A stretch of 64,000 bases of DNA from Promethearchaeota archaeon. Lineage in GTDB: Archaea; Asgardarchaeota; Lokiarchaeia; Sigyniarchaeales; SOKP01. The stretch covers positions 1 to 64,000 of the forward strand of contig JAEOUA010000003.1 of NCBI GenBank assembly GCA_016839555.1, read 5' to 3'. This document shows positions 30,646-40,755 of this stretch, piece after piece; the stretch's first letter is position 1, and each line of letters begins with the position of its first letter. The notes beneath the pieces were generated by a model that ran no database searches, was not told where the DNA came from, and was given only the letters and a program-made list of their open reading frames with translations. A program made the translations under genes and the position numbers.

Positions 30646-31356
30646 ATGTCAGATAATGAGAAAGTTAATCCGGAAAATTACTCGAATTGGTTTGCTCTAT
30701 ATCATCTTTCCAATAATATTGGGGATAAAAAATCGCTTCATATAAGTAGTATAGAATTTGGAAAGTTATTAAATGTCTCGCAGCAAACAGCATCCCGCAG
30801 ATTTAATGATCTAGAAGATCTTGGTTGGATTGAGCGTAAAATGGTCGCAAATGATCATATTGTCCGTATTACTAAGATTGGTGCTGATATTTTGCTTAAA
30901 ATGTATAAAAGTTTAAAAGAAATCCTCGAAAATATATTAATAGTTGGAGAAGTTACAGAAGGTATGGGTGAAGGTGCATTTTATGTTTCGATTAGTGGCT
31001 ATTATGAGCAATTCAAGGAGAAATTAGGTTTTACACCCTATAAAGGAACCTTAAACTTAAAGCTTAGCGATTTGAATTATGCATTATTACGAGAAAATAT
31101 AAAAAATCGAATGCCAGTTATCATTGAAGGTTTTAAAGATGAACGATTAAATCGTACTTATGGTTCAGTCAAATGCTATGACTGCTATATTTCAAGACTA
31201 GATAATCAAAGCAGAAAGAAGAAAGCAGCAATCTTAGATATCGCGAGAACCCATCATAAAAAAAATATAGTAGAACTCCTCGCTAGGCCCTATTTAAGAG
31301 AATATTTTAATTTAAAAGACGGCGATAGATTAAGAATCGAATTGAATAAAAAATAA
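30646..31356 (+). CDS. ribK: wHTH-fused CTP-dependent riboflavin kinase (RbkR-type)
   Basis: SQQTASR HTH, G.GEGAFY, LGF.PY.GTLN, L.DGD. Confidence 0.92.
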   Translation: MSDNEKVNPENYSNWFALYHLSNNIGDKKSLHISSIEFGKLLNVSQQTASRRFNDLEDLGWIERKMVANDHIVRITKIGADILLKMYKSLKEILENILIVGEVTEGMGEGAFYVSISGYYEQFKEKLGFTPYKGTLNLKLSDLNYALLRENIKNRMPVIIEGFKDERLNRTYGSVKCYDCYISRLDNQSRKKKAAILDIARTHHKKNIVELLARPYLREYFNLKDGDRLRIELNKK

Positions 31357-31453
31357 TTCTATAAATTTTAATTTTTATATCATTTTAATTGATAGTTTTA
31401 TTCTTCTATTATAGTAGAACTGAGACCAATTTAAAATCTCTACAATTTAGATA

Positions 31454-32077
31454 TTATTTATATTTTCCATTTTTAATCTGAATCCATATTTTAATTGCTC
31501 TATAGAGAGCCGTAAGAGAGACTAAAATCATAAAAAAAAATAGAAAATAGATTCCAAACCCAATGAAATATGCTATTAACATAGTTAAGAAAATATAAAA
31601 TAAGCGTTCTGATCTTGCCATTAATCCAATATCAAAATCCCCTTCAAATAAAGACTCTGCTTTTGCTCTTGAATAACTGATCATTATTGAAGATAAAAAT
31701 GATATATAAATAATCAAACTTATATCAATATGGTCCCATAATTTCTGATCCCAAAAATAGATTAATAAGCCCAAAAAAATAATGAATTCGGATACTCTAT
31801 CCATAAAAGAATCAAAAAATCCGCCATAAGAACTTTCAGTATTTTCTAATTGAGCAATTGCACCATCTACTCCATCAAAAATGCCTGTTAAAAATACAAA
31901 TATAGAAAAGAGCAAAAGGCTTTTTAAAAAGACCACTAAAAATATAAAGCTGAGAATAGAATTAAAAAGCATTATTCCAGTTGCCATATTGGGCGTTATT
32001 CCTATCTTGGATAATGCTTTTGCTATTCTCTTGATGATGGGCCTAAATATGTAACGTAAGCGATATTTAGAAGGCAT
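31454..32077 (-). CDS. CDP-alcohol phosphatidyltransferase (archaetidylinositol phosphate synthase-like)
   Basis: TPN..T, D..DGAIA...G.FFDS..DR, SYSRAKAE, IG...R.ER. Confidence 0.9.
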   Translation of the reverse strand: MPSKYRLRYIFRPIIKRIAKALSKIGITPNMATGIMLFNSILSFIFLVVFLKSLLLFSIFVFLTGIFDGVDGAIAQLENTESSYGGFFDSFMDRVSEFIIFLGLLIYFWDQKLWDHIDISLIIYISFLSSIMISYSRAKAESLFEGDFDIGLMARSERLFYIFLTMLIAYFIGFGIYFLFFFMILVSLTALYRAIKIWIQIKNGKYK

Positions 32078-32270
32078 TATAAATACCCATTATCTTAAAA
32101 AATTATTTAATTTAAATTATATAGCTTTTAATATTAATTAAAAACTTCTTTTCCATTCTAATATTTATTCTTTTATATTTTTTGAAGGTGATTATAATAT
32201 CTCTTCTTATAAACCATATTAGTTGATTTGATAGTAAAATTTAAAAAGATAAAAAATATTGGTTTAATAA

Positions 32271-33008
32271 GTGATATATATGAGTTTTACTATTTTAGAT
32301 TATCTCCAAGGCGGATTTAGTTTCATTTTTGTTCTAATATCAATAATAATTGGTCTCAAAATTCTAACAAAATATTTTGAATATAAGAAACTTCAATACA
32401 TCTTGGTAGGATTAGTTTGGATTGGATTAGCTACTCCTTGGTTCCCAGATTCGATAAATTTCATTATGGTAATTCTTTTTCAAAATACGATTTCTGATGC
32501 CTTAAATTTTATTATTGGTAATAGTATGTTACCTCTAACAGCATTATTTTGGCTTAAAGTATTTACAGATCTAACATATAAAGAGAAACAAAAAGTCATC
32601 CTATCTTTATTTATCATATATGGTATAATATTTGAAATATTACTGTTTACATTCCTTTTCATTAAGCCCTCAATAATAGGAAGTTTTCCTGTCAGCCCCT
32701 TTCAAATTGTATATCATCCAGTCTTTGAAATCTTATTGATTGTATATATTATTACTTTCATGTTAACAGGAGTTTTATTTGCTAGGGAATCTTTACGATT
32801 AGAAAGCCTTGAAATGAAATTAAAGGGTAAATTCCTTATTATTGCATTTATATCGTTTACAATTGGCGCATTTTTAGATTCATTAATCTTAAGAGGGGCG
32901 TTTACTGTGATTCTTACAAGACTTATATTAATATCTGCCTCGATCGAATTTTATTTTGGATTTATCCTTCAGAATTGGGTAAAAAACTTATTTATTAAAA
33001 GTTCTTAA
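32271..33008 (+). CDS. Standalone 7-TM membrane protein
   Basis: About 7 hydrophobic helices and no soluble domain. Confidence 0.75.
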   Translation: MIYMSFTILDYLQGGFSFIFVLISIIIGLKILTKYFEYKKLQYILVGLVWIGLATPWFPDSINFIMVILFQNTISDALNFIIGNSMLPLTALFWLKVFTDLTYKEKQKVILSLFIIYGIIFEILLFTFLFIKPSIIGSFPVSPFQIVYHPVFEILLIVYIITFMLTGVLFARESLRLESLEMKLKGKFLIIAFISFTIGAFLDSLILRGAFTVILTRLILISASIEFYFGFILQNWVKNLFIKSS

Positions 33009-33268
33009 ATAAAAATATTTTTTTTCTTTTCTTTTCAAACAAAATTCCAAAATTTAGATTTTAATAAGAATTTAATAAAATAAATTATAAAATCTCATTA
33101 TATCGTAAAAATATTCATTTAAATCAACCAAACTCATAGAAAACGATTTGTTATATTAATTATTACTCAACTTGATTTTTTTAAAAGTAATATTAATTAT
33201 AGGATAAATTATTTTATCATTGTATATAATAAAAAATTAACTGAATAAACCAAACATTTAGAAATTTC

Positions 33269-33547
33269 ATGAAATTAAGATTAGTTTTAAAAACGGTTAC
33301 AAATAAAAATAAAGAAGTATCTATTAAATTCAATATCGCTCCTAGTAAACATATTGGATTTATAAACTTCGTAAATTTATGCATAACTCAAGATAATCCT
33401 GTTACAATTTCTTTTGAAAAAATATCTAAGTCTGGTGAAAAAGAAGAAAGCAAGGTTGCTGGTGTTTTTGATTTTAAATCACGAGATGAGAATGAATTAA
33501 AAGAACTAAAAAAAGAACTTGAAAGAAAAAAAAAACAAAAGAAATAA
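33269..33547 (+). CDS. Small basic hypothetical protein
   Basis: 92-aa ORF filling the intergenic gap. Confidence 0.7.
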   Translation: MKLRLVLKTVTNKNKEVSIKFNIAPSKHIGFINFVNLCITQDNPVTISFEKISKSGEKEESKVAGVFDFKSRDENELKELKKELERKKKQKK

Positions 33548-33619
33548 AAGTCTTAAAATTTGCTTATATTATTTCTGAAATAATTTGATATATCTGTCGT
33601 GCAAGTAATCTAATTTAAA

Positions 33620-34399
33620 TTAGACTTTTTTTAAAGAAATAAATCCCAATTTAATAAGATTTTTGCAGATATTATGAACATTATCTCTGGGTATATTAAG
33701 TTCTTGGGCAATATATTTAATTGATTTTTTTCCGTCAATTTTTTTTAAAACATTCTTTGATTTCTCTCCCGTTAAATAAAAATCTGGATTTATATTATCT
33801 GAAATTTTTAATAAAGGTATAAGCTTTTGGTTCATTGAATTAAAATTCTGAATCTCGTGAGATTCTTTGAAATCCTTAAAATCTTTCTTGTCTTTTTCAT
33901 TCAATAAGGTAACATTATCTATTTTTTTTTGAATTCTTTCAAACAAATCTAAGATTTTTTCTTTAAAATCAATATCTTTCTCTTCTGAGATTCGCTCAAC
34001 TTGTCTTTTAACAATATTGGTAAAATTAATAAAAGCTTCGGTATCGCCGTCCCAGTTAGAAATTTGATTTATATCATAATTCTTTAAAAATGTATAAGAC
34101 ATTCTTCTCAGAAATCTCTGAGCATTTATACTATTTGTGCTTTCATCATATGAAGCTAAAAAAATTAAATTCGGGAGCTTCTTATTTTTTAGAAATGCTA
34201 ATCTAAGACTTGAATTAGAAAGTTTTAATTCTTTTATAGAACCTAAATCTTCAAATTCTTCAGAAAATGAACTTAATGCGGTTAAGAATCCTGAGATTAA
34301 AATCAAATTATTTTGATTAGAGATAAAATTTTTTGATTTAGAGAAATTTTTAGAAAACAAAGGTAAACCATCTTTAATAATTAATACATCTCTAATCAT
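33620..34399 (-). CDS. Longin/roadblock-like N-terminal domain plus C-terminal wHTH protein
   Basis: IIKDGLPLFSK...LISGFLTALSSFS (longin-like); IDGKKSI..IA..L......I...L.K.G.I (wHTH). Confidence 0.75.
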   Translation of the reverse strand: MIRDVLIIKDGLPLFSKNFSKSKNFISNQNNLILISGFLTALSSFSEEFEDLGSIKELKLSNSSLRLAFLKNKKLPNLIFLASYDESTNSINAQRFLRRMSYTFLKNYDINQISNWDGDTEAFINFTNIVKRQVERISEEKDIDFKEKILDLFERIQKKIDNVTLLNEKDKKDFKDFKESHEIQNFNSMNQKLIPLLKISDNINPDFYLTGEKSKNVLKKIDGKKSIKYIAQELNIPRDNVHNICKNLIKLGFISLKKV

Positions 34400-34686
34400 A
34401 ATTTAGCTTCAAACGGTTATTATATAAAAATTTTTAAACTAAAATTGAAATTATAATTCAATAATATAATAGATTAATTCTATGTAAAAAATATTATAAC
34501 ATGACGATAATATATAGCCAAATATCGATATGTTATTTCCTATGATTATAATAAAGAAACTTTTTTCTATAGATACTTTTAAATAATAATTCTATTATTA
34601 TAAGAGTTAAAGTTTAAATACAAAAATTTTCACATTAGATTTTATAATAATCTTGAAAATTATAAAAGAAAAATAGATGAAATAAT

Positions 34687-35121
34687 ATGAGTGAAAACTT
34701 AAAAGATAAAATGGAAAAAGTTAATGAAATATTAGAAGTTTCGGTTCCTATTGTAAAAATTTTTGAGGGGCTTATTGTCGCTTCGGTTATTGGTACTTTA
34801 GACACCGAGAGAACGCAACGAATTATAGAGAATTTATTAGAAAAGGTAGTTAAAGAGGAAGCTCGAATTGTTCTTTTTGATATAACCGGCGTTCCAACAG
34901 TAGATTCCCGAACAGCTCAACACTTAATTGATACCGCTTCTGCAATCCGTCTTTTAGGATCAGAAGTAATAATCACAGGAATTAATCCTACCATAGCTCA
35001 AACATTAGTACATATAGGTATAGCTCTCTCAGATATCAAGACAGCTAGAAGTTTAGCGTTAGGGGTTGAAATGTCCTTGGAGATTCTCAATAAGAAAATT
35101 GTTAGTAAAGATAGCGAATAA
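34687..35121 (+). CDS. rsbR: RsbR-like STAS protein (no N-terminal sensor domain)
   Basis: IGTLDTER, DITGVPTVDS, AIRLLG..VIITGINP.IAQTLV.IG. Confidence 0.9.
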   Translation: MSENLKDKMEKVNEILEVSVPIVKIFEGLIVASVIGTLDTERTQRIIENLLEKVVKEEARIVLFDITGVPTVDSRTAQHLIDTASAIRLLGSEVIITGINPTIAQTLVHIGIALSDIKTARSLALGVEMSLEILNKKIVSKDSE

Positions 35122-35142
35122 GATTAGAGGTTAAAAGTTTTA

Positions 35143-35502
35143 ATGTCAGATTTAAAGGAATCTATTTCAATCAATAAAATTCGTAATGCCATATTAGTAA
35201 AAATACCAGCGAATGCTACGGATGAAGAAATGGAGATCCTACAAGAAAAAATTTTAAAAAAAATAAATGAATATAACATCAATGGTGTGATTTTGGATAT
35301 TTCAAATATAGAAATAGTAGACTCTTTTTTTGCAAGAATTATTGCTGAAACAACTCACATGGTCAATCTTATGGGAGGGAAAGCGGTTGTAACAGGAATG
35401 AAACCAAGCGTTGCTATAACGACAGTGGAATTGGGTTTTAATCTAGAAAACATAAATTTTGCATTGAATGTAGATAAAGGCCTTGATTTATTAAATCTGT
35501 AG
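35143..35502 (+). CDS. rsbS: RsbS STAS antagonist
   Basis: GVILDIS..EIVDSFFAR (phospho-Ser site), LMG...VVTGMKP.VAIT.VELG. Confidence 0.92.
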   Translation: MSDLKESISINKIRNAILVKIPANATDEEMEILQEKILKKINEYNINGVILDISNIEIVDSFFARIIAETTHMVNLMGGKAVVTGMKPSVAITTVELGFNLENINFALNVDKGLDLLNL

Positions 35503-35568
35503 TATATTAGATAAAACCACATTAAAATATTAATTTGATTTTAAAAAGAATTTTAAGAGAAAAAGATA

Positions 35569-35979
35569 TTGAATAAAGAAGATAAAGGAGAATTAGAGAT
35601 AAAAAGTGAAACTGACCTAATTCGGGTTAGAAGGTTATTACGCGAAATCACCCATAATATGGGGTTCCGTACAACCGATATTACTCGAATCATAACTGCA
35701 GCATCAGAATTAGTTAGGAATACAGTTGATTATGCTGGGAAGGGAATGATGAATTGGTATATAATATCAACCGATAATAAGGAAGGAATTAAAATAATTT
35801 TTACGGATAATGGTCCTGGTATCCCTGATATTGAAAAAGCAATGGAACCAGGATTTTCTACTTCAAATTGTTTAGGAATGGGATTATCTGGTACGAAAAA
35901 ATTGATGGATGAAATGGAGATTAAATCTGAAGTAGGCAAGGGAACAACAGTAATTATTAAAAAGTGGTTAAAGTCTTAA
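35569..35979 (+). CDS. rsbT: RsbT Ser/Thr kinase
   Basis: RIITAASELVRN...YAG.G, DNGPGI.DI, GFST...LG.GL.G.KKLMD. Confidence 0.93.
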   Translation: MNKEDKGELEIKSETDLIRVRRLLREITHNMGFRTTDITRIITAASELVRNTVDYAGKGMMNWYIISTDNKEGIKIIFTDNGPGIPDIEKAMEPGFSTSNCLGMGLSGTKKLMDEMEIKSEVGKGTTVIIKKWLKS

Positions 35980-36986
35980 TGGGGAAAGAGGAATGGATGA
36001 TGGAAGTTATTCATCCAAGGGATAAGATAAGAGTTAGGAATAAAGCAAGAATAATTGCAAAAGAAATTGGATTTATTAAGGAAAAGACAATAGAAGAGAT
36101 TGTGATCACCGTAAGCGAATTGGCCTCCAATTTAATCAAACATGCTAAAGGTGGAAAAATAGTAATTAATTCATTAGAAGAAAAAGGCAAAAAGGGTATT
36201 CAAATAGAATCCATAGACAAAGGACCAGGTATTGATGATATAGAGTTAGCGATGGTTGATGGTTTTTCAAAGAATAGTGGTTTAGGTTTTGGTTTAGGAA
36301 CAATTAATCGATTAATGGACAGTTTTAAAATAACTTCTCGAAAAGGTTTTGGAACTCACATTATTGTCAAACGATGGATACAAGAAGGTTTTGAAAAAGA
36401 AATATTTCCCCTTGATATTGGTGGAGTTTCTAAACCTTATCCAGGATTAAAAGTGAATGGGGATGCATTTATTATCAAAAGATGGAAGGAAAAGATATTA
36501 ATTAGTGTGATTGATGGTTTAGGGCATGGTCCAATGGCTAATAGCGCGTCAAATATAGCATTAAGATATATTAAAAAGAATTTCGATCAATCACTTAATC
36601 AAATCATTCGCGGTGTACATATGGCATGCCAACATTCTCGAGGTTTAGTAATGGCTTTAGCAAGACTTGATTTAATAAATAAGGATATTTTCTTTACGGG
36701 TATTGGTAACATTGAAGTGCGAATATTTGGTAATAAAATGCAAGATTCTTTTATATCTCGAAGAGGTATTATGGGGCGCAATATACCAACACCTAAAATT
36801 ATGAAACATCATTGGGAACCTGGTTTTATAATGATTTTATTTTCTGATGGTATAAAATCAAGATGGCAATGGAAAGATTATTCTTATTTATTAGATAAAC
36901 CAGCAAGATTTATTGCTTATCGTATGTTGGAAGACTTAGCAAGAGATGACGATGATGCTACAATAGTTGTTGTGAAAGAATATTGA
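35979..36986 (+). CDS. RsbT-like HATPase fused to an RsbX/SpoIIE PP2C phosphatase
   Basis: SELASNLIKHA, DKGPGI; NGD, IDGLGHG, GIGNIE, FSDGI, DDAT. The ATG overlaps the rsbT stop (TAATG). Confidence 0.9.
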   Translation: MGKEEWMMEVIHPRDKIRVRNKARIIAKEIGFIKEKTIEEIVITVSELASNLIKHAKGGKIVINSLEEKGKKGIQIESIDKGPGIDDIELAMVDGFSKNSGLGFGLGTINRLMDSFKITSRKGFGTHIIVKRWIQEGFEKEIFPLDIGGVSKPYPGLKVNGDAFIIKRWKEKILISVIDGLGHGPMANSASNIALRYIKKNFDQSLNQIIRGVHMACQHSRGLVMALARLDLINKDIFFTGIGNIEVRIFGNKMQDSFISRRGIMGRNIPTPKIMKHHWEPGFIMILFSDGIKSRWQWKDYSYLLDKPARFIAYRMLEDLARDDDDATIVVVKEY

Positions 36987-37007
36987 AAGATAATTTAGTA
37001 TATTAAA

Positions 37008-38288
37008 TTGAGAAACTTAAAGGTGTTTTATATTAAAAAAGAAGAATTAAACAAAATATTAAAGGAACAACAAGATACAATTCAAAAGCTAACTGAAGAA
37101 TTAATAGAATCTAACCGAGGCATGATAGCTTTAACGCTTGAGTTAGAAAAAGCTCAAGAAGAATATCAAAATATATTTGAAAATAGTATATTAGGTATTT
37201 ATAAAACTACAGGTAATAATCGCTTCAAAATAGTAAATCCTAAAATGGCAAAAATTCTAGGCTATGATACCCCCGAAGAAGTTATTGAAAATATAGATGA
37301 TATTGATACTCAAATATATGCATCTTCTGATGAGCGAGATGATTTTAAAATATTAATAGAAAAATATGGTGCTATTTCTGATTTTGAATTAAAAATCTAT
37401 GATAAAGAAGGTAACCAAAAATGGATTTTAGAAAATACTAGATTGCTCACAGACGAAAAAGGTCGATTTTTGGGATATGAAGGAATAGTTCAAGATATAA
37501 CTGAAAGGAAAAAAATTGAAGAATTAGAAAAAAAAAATTATGAATTACAGGAATTAAATAAAAAGTTAGAAAAATCCAAGAAAATGTATCATGAAGCATA
37601 TATTAGAGCTGAATTATATAAAGATCTATTCGCTCATGATATTACTAACATTTTGCAAGGGATATTTTCGGGAATGCAATTTTGTGAAATGACACTTAAA
37701 AATCCTGAGGAAATAAAAGATAATATAGAGATAATAAAAAATCAAATTATGAGAGGAGCGAATTTAGTTTCTAACATTCGAAATCTTTCAAAAATTGAGG
37801 AAGGTGGAATAGAGCTTGAGGAAAGGAATATTTGTAAGGATTTAAATGATTCTATTATTTTTATAAAAGATATTCTCCCTGAACGAAGAAAGAACATCCA
37901 ATTCGATTCTATCGATAAAAGATACATTGTTCTAGCTAATAATTTTTTAAAAATTGTGTTTGATAACATCTTGTTCAATGCGGTACAACACAATAAGAAT
38001 TCCATAGTTGAAATTATAATTAGAATTATAAGGGAGAAAAGATGGGATATTAACTTTATTAAAATTGAATTTATAGACAATGGTAAGGGCGTTCGCGATA
38101 TTCGTAAAGAAAAGATCTTTAAAAGGGGATACAATGAAATTGGAAGCATTTATGGGACGGGTTTGGGTTTATCACTGGTAAAAAAAATAATTGAAACTTA
38201 CAATGGAGAAATATGGGTTGAAGATAGGATCAAGGGAGATTATAATAAGGGAAGTAAGTTTATTATATTAATCCCAGAGGTGAATTAG
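37008..38288 (+). CDS. Coiled-coil + PAS histidine kinase
   Basis: ELIESNRGMIALTLEL, PAS/PAC ending QDITERK, H-box YKDLFAHDITNILQ, DNGKG, GTGLGL. Confidence 0.93.
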   Translation: MRNLKVFYIKKEELNKILKEQQDTIQKLTEELIESNRGMIALTLELEKAQEEYQNIFENSILGIYKTTGNNRFKIVNPKMAKILGYDTPEEVIENIDDIDTQIYASSDERDDFKILIEKYGAISDFELKIYDKEGNQKWILENTRLLTDEKGRFLGYEGIVQDITERKKIEELEKKNYELQELNKKLEKSKKMYHEAYIRAELYKDLFAHDITNILQGIFSGMQFCEMTLKNPEEIKDNIEIIKNQIMRGANLVSNIRNLSKIEEGGIELEERNICKDLNDSIIFIKDILPERRKNIQFDSIDKRYIVLANNFLKIVFDNILFNAVQHNKNSIVEIIIRIIREKRWDINFIKIEFIDNGKGVRDIRKEKIFKRGYNEIGSIYGTGLGLSLVKKIIETYNGEIWVEDRIKGDYNKGSKFIILIPEVN

Positions 38289-38289
38289 A

Positions 38290-38655
38290 CTGGAAAAAGT
38301 TTTTATTGTTGAAGATGAACCTACAGTTCAATATTTTTATAAAAAACTTTTAAACATCAATGGTTTTGAAGTGTTGGGTGTTGCAGAGGACGGAGAAGAA
38401 GCTATTCGCATGTTCAAATCGTTCAAGAAGAAACCAAAAATAATTTTAATGGATCAGCGAATGCCAGTAAAAACGGGACTAGAAGCTACAAAAGAGATTT
38501 TACAAATAGATAATAAAGTAAAGATTATTTTTGTTAGTGCTGATTTATCTATTAAAGAAGAAGCCTTATCTATTGGAGCTTTTAGCTTTTGGGATAAGCC
38601 CTTTTCAATAGATCAATTAATAGAGGAGATTAAAAATGCAATTATGGCTTGTTAA
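38290..38655 (+). CDS. Single-domain response regulator (receiver); CTG start
   Basis: The upstream in-frame sequence supplies KVFIVEDE; also ILMDQRMP, VSAD, KPF. SD GAGGTGA at 38277-38283. Confidence 0.9.
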   Translation: MEKVFIVEDEPTVQYFYKKLLNINGFEVLGVAEDGEEAIRMFKSFKKKPKIILMDQRMPVKTGLEATKEILQIDNKVKIIFVSADLSIKEEALSIGAFSFWDKPFSIDQLIEEIKNAIMAC

Positions 38656-38855
38656 TTTTAATTTCTGATTAAATCCCACATTGTACATTCCCTTTATCTA
38701 TTCTGTTTTTTATTTTATAGATGTTTAATAAAATTTCTACCAATTAGTCATTTGTATATTAAAGAACGTCTCAATATTTCAAAAATGAATTTATTTGAAA
38801 ATAAAAATATATATTATATATATCCAAAATATTACATTTTATTGCTTTTTATAAT

Positions 38856-39962
38856 ATGATTAAAATAAGAGCTCCAGGAAGGATAACTCTATTTGGAGAG
38901 CATCAAGACTATCTCAATTATCCAGTAATTTCAATGGCTATATCTAAATATATTTATTTAAAAGCAGAGAGAATATCTGATAAAAACTTTTTAATAAATT
39001 TAGCAGATATTAATAAAACTATTGAAATTCCCTTAACAAATAAAGAAGTGGACTATGAATTGAAAAGAGACTATTTGAGAAGCGGCTATAATCATTTATT
39101 AAGAAAGGGCTTTAAATTTGAAAAAGGCTACAAAATAACAATTTCGGGAGATATTCCCATGAATGCTGGCGCCGCTAGTTCTTCTGCCTTAGTTATCGCA
39201 TGGCTCTATTTTTTATATTTAATTTCAAAATATAAGGTTAATAAATCTCAATTAGCTTTAGATGGCTATAATACTGAAGTAAAAGAATTTGGAGAGGCAG
39301 GAGGCAAGATGGATTTTTTTACTTCTGCTTATGGAGGGCTTTTAAATCTAAATTTAAATACAAAAATACCGATTATTAAAAAATTTAATATAATTTTAGA
39401 TGGAATTATACTTGGAGATTCATTAGAAAAAAAAAATACCGTAGAAGATTTAAAGGGAACTAAAATAGAATCTATAAAAGCGTTTAGAGCGCTAAAGAAT
39501 ATTATTCCTTCATTTAATAGATTCAACACTCCATTAGAAGAGATAAAAGGGCATCTTAGGAGTATAGAGAAACCGTATCAGAATAAAATAATTGGAAATA
39601 TAATTAATAGAGATCTAACAAAACAGGCAAAAAATTTATTGTTGACATATAAATCTAAACTTCACAAGAATATCTTATCTAAAAGAAATTCAATCTATTT
39701 TTATAAAAAATTAGGAAATTTACTTATTAAACATCAGCAACAATTAAGAGATAATATTAAAATATCTACTAAAAAAATTGATAATATGATTTCAAGTTGT
39801 ATAAAAGCTGGAGCATATGGTGGGAAAATTAATGGATCGGGCTTTGGAGGTACTATGTTTGTGCTCGCTCCTGGAAAAGAGAAAGAAGTATATAAGATTA
39901 TAAAAGAGCTTGGAGGCAAACCATATAAAATAAAGAGTAGCCTTGGAGTTGGAACCTTTTAA
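38856..39962 (+). CDS. GHMP kinase, galactokinase family
   Basis: APGRITLFGEHQDY, IPMNAGAASSSA, G.MD, GGKINGSGFGG. Confidence 0.9.
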   Translation: MIKIRAPGRITLFGEHQDYLNYPVISMAISKYIYLKAERISDKNFLINLADINKTIEIPLTNKEVDYELKRDYLRSGYNHLLRKGFKFEKGYKITISGDIPMNAGAASSSALVIAWLYFLYLISKYKVNKSQLALDGYNTEVKEFGEAGGKMDFFTSAYGGLLNLNLNTKIPIIKKFNIILDGIILGDSLEKKNTVEDLKGTKIESIKAFRALKNIIPSFNRFNTPLEEIKGHLRSIEKPYQNKIIGNIINRDLTKQAKNLLLTYKSKLHKNILSKRNSIYFYKKLGNLLIKHQQQLRDNIKISTKKIDNMISSCIKAGAYGGKINGSGFGGTMFVLAPGKEKEVYKIIKELGGKPYKIKSSLGVGTF

Positions 39963-40359
39963 TAATATTTCAAGTCCATTAAAATAAGGATCCATTAATA
40001 AAATTAAAAATATTATTTTCTCGGATAATAAATTCTAACAATTTTAATATAATATTTCCAAGTATATATTTTATACAATTATTTTAGAAATATAAATATC
40101 AAAAAATAAAGTCAGGAAAAGAAATAGCGAGGATAAGAGATAAAAATTTAAATTTTAATAAATAGAAGAACCAGAGGGATTCCATATAATATCAAATAAT
40201 AATGAGTTTTTCTTAAATTCGAAAAAAAAGATGAAATTATTACTAAATCATTTAAAGTCAGTAAAATATGATGATCTAGCTATTTTTTTTTCACATTTCA
40301 TAATGAAATTAATGACTGTGCAAAATATTAAGAAATGAAAAATTAAAATAACTAGCATA

Positions 40360-40749
40360 ATGAAGAAAGAAATTAAAGTAAAGGTTAAAAATCTTTTAGA
40401 AGAAATACAAAATTTGGATTTATATTCTCAAATTGAATTTATAGTATTATACGGTTCAGCATTGTCTAATTCATATTTGAAGGATAGTGATATAGATATT
40501 TGTATATATCTTTCGAATAAAAAAAATAGGAAAGAATTTGTTGAATTTCGTTTAGAACTTTTAAAAAAAATTGAAGAGAATTTTGATATACAGATTTTTC
40601 AATTATTACCAATTTATGTTCAAATAGAAGTATTAAAAGGCGAGATTCTCTATGTAAAGGATTTGGATAAAATGTATGAAATTGCATATAATACTATTGA
40701 GGAATATGAAGACTTTTATCCGCTCTTTAAAGATTATATAGAAAGGTGA
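40360..40749 (+). CDS. Minimal nucleotidyltransferase antitoxin (MntA-type)
   Basis: LYGS-x10-DID motif. Confidence 0.9.
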   Translation: MKKEIKVKVKNLLEEIQNLDLYSQIEFIVLYGSALSNSYLKDSDIDICIYLSNKKNRKEFVEFRLELLKKIEENFDIQIFQLLPIYVQIEVLKGEILYVKDLDKMYEIAYNTIEEYEDFYPLFKDYIER

Positions 40750-40755
40750 ATAATT

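Noticed and set aside
39990-40210. Hydrophobic minus-strand reading with several stops, possibly a decayed membrane gene
   Set aside because: Too degraded to support; AT-rich DNA mimics hydrophobic codons.
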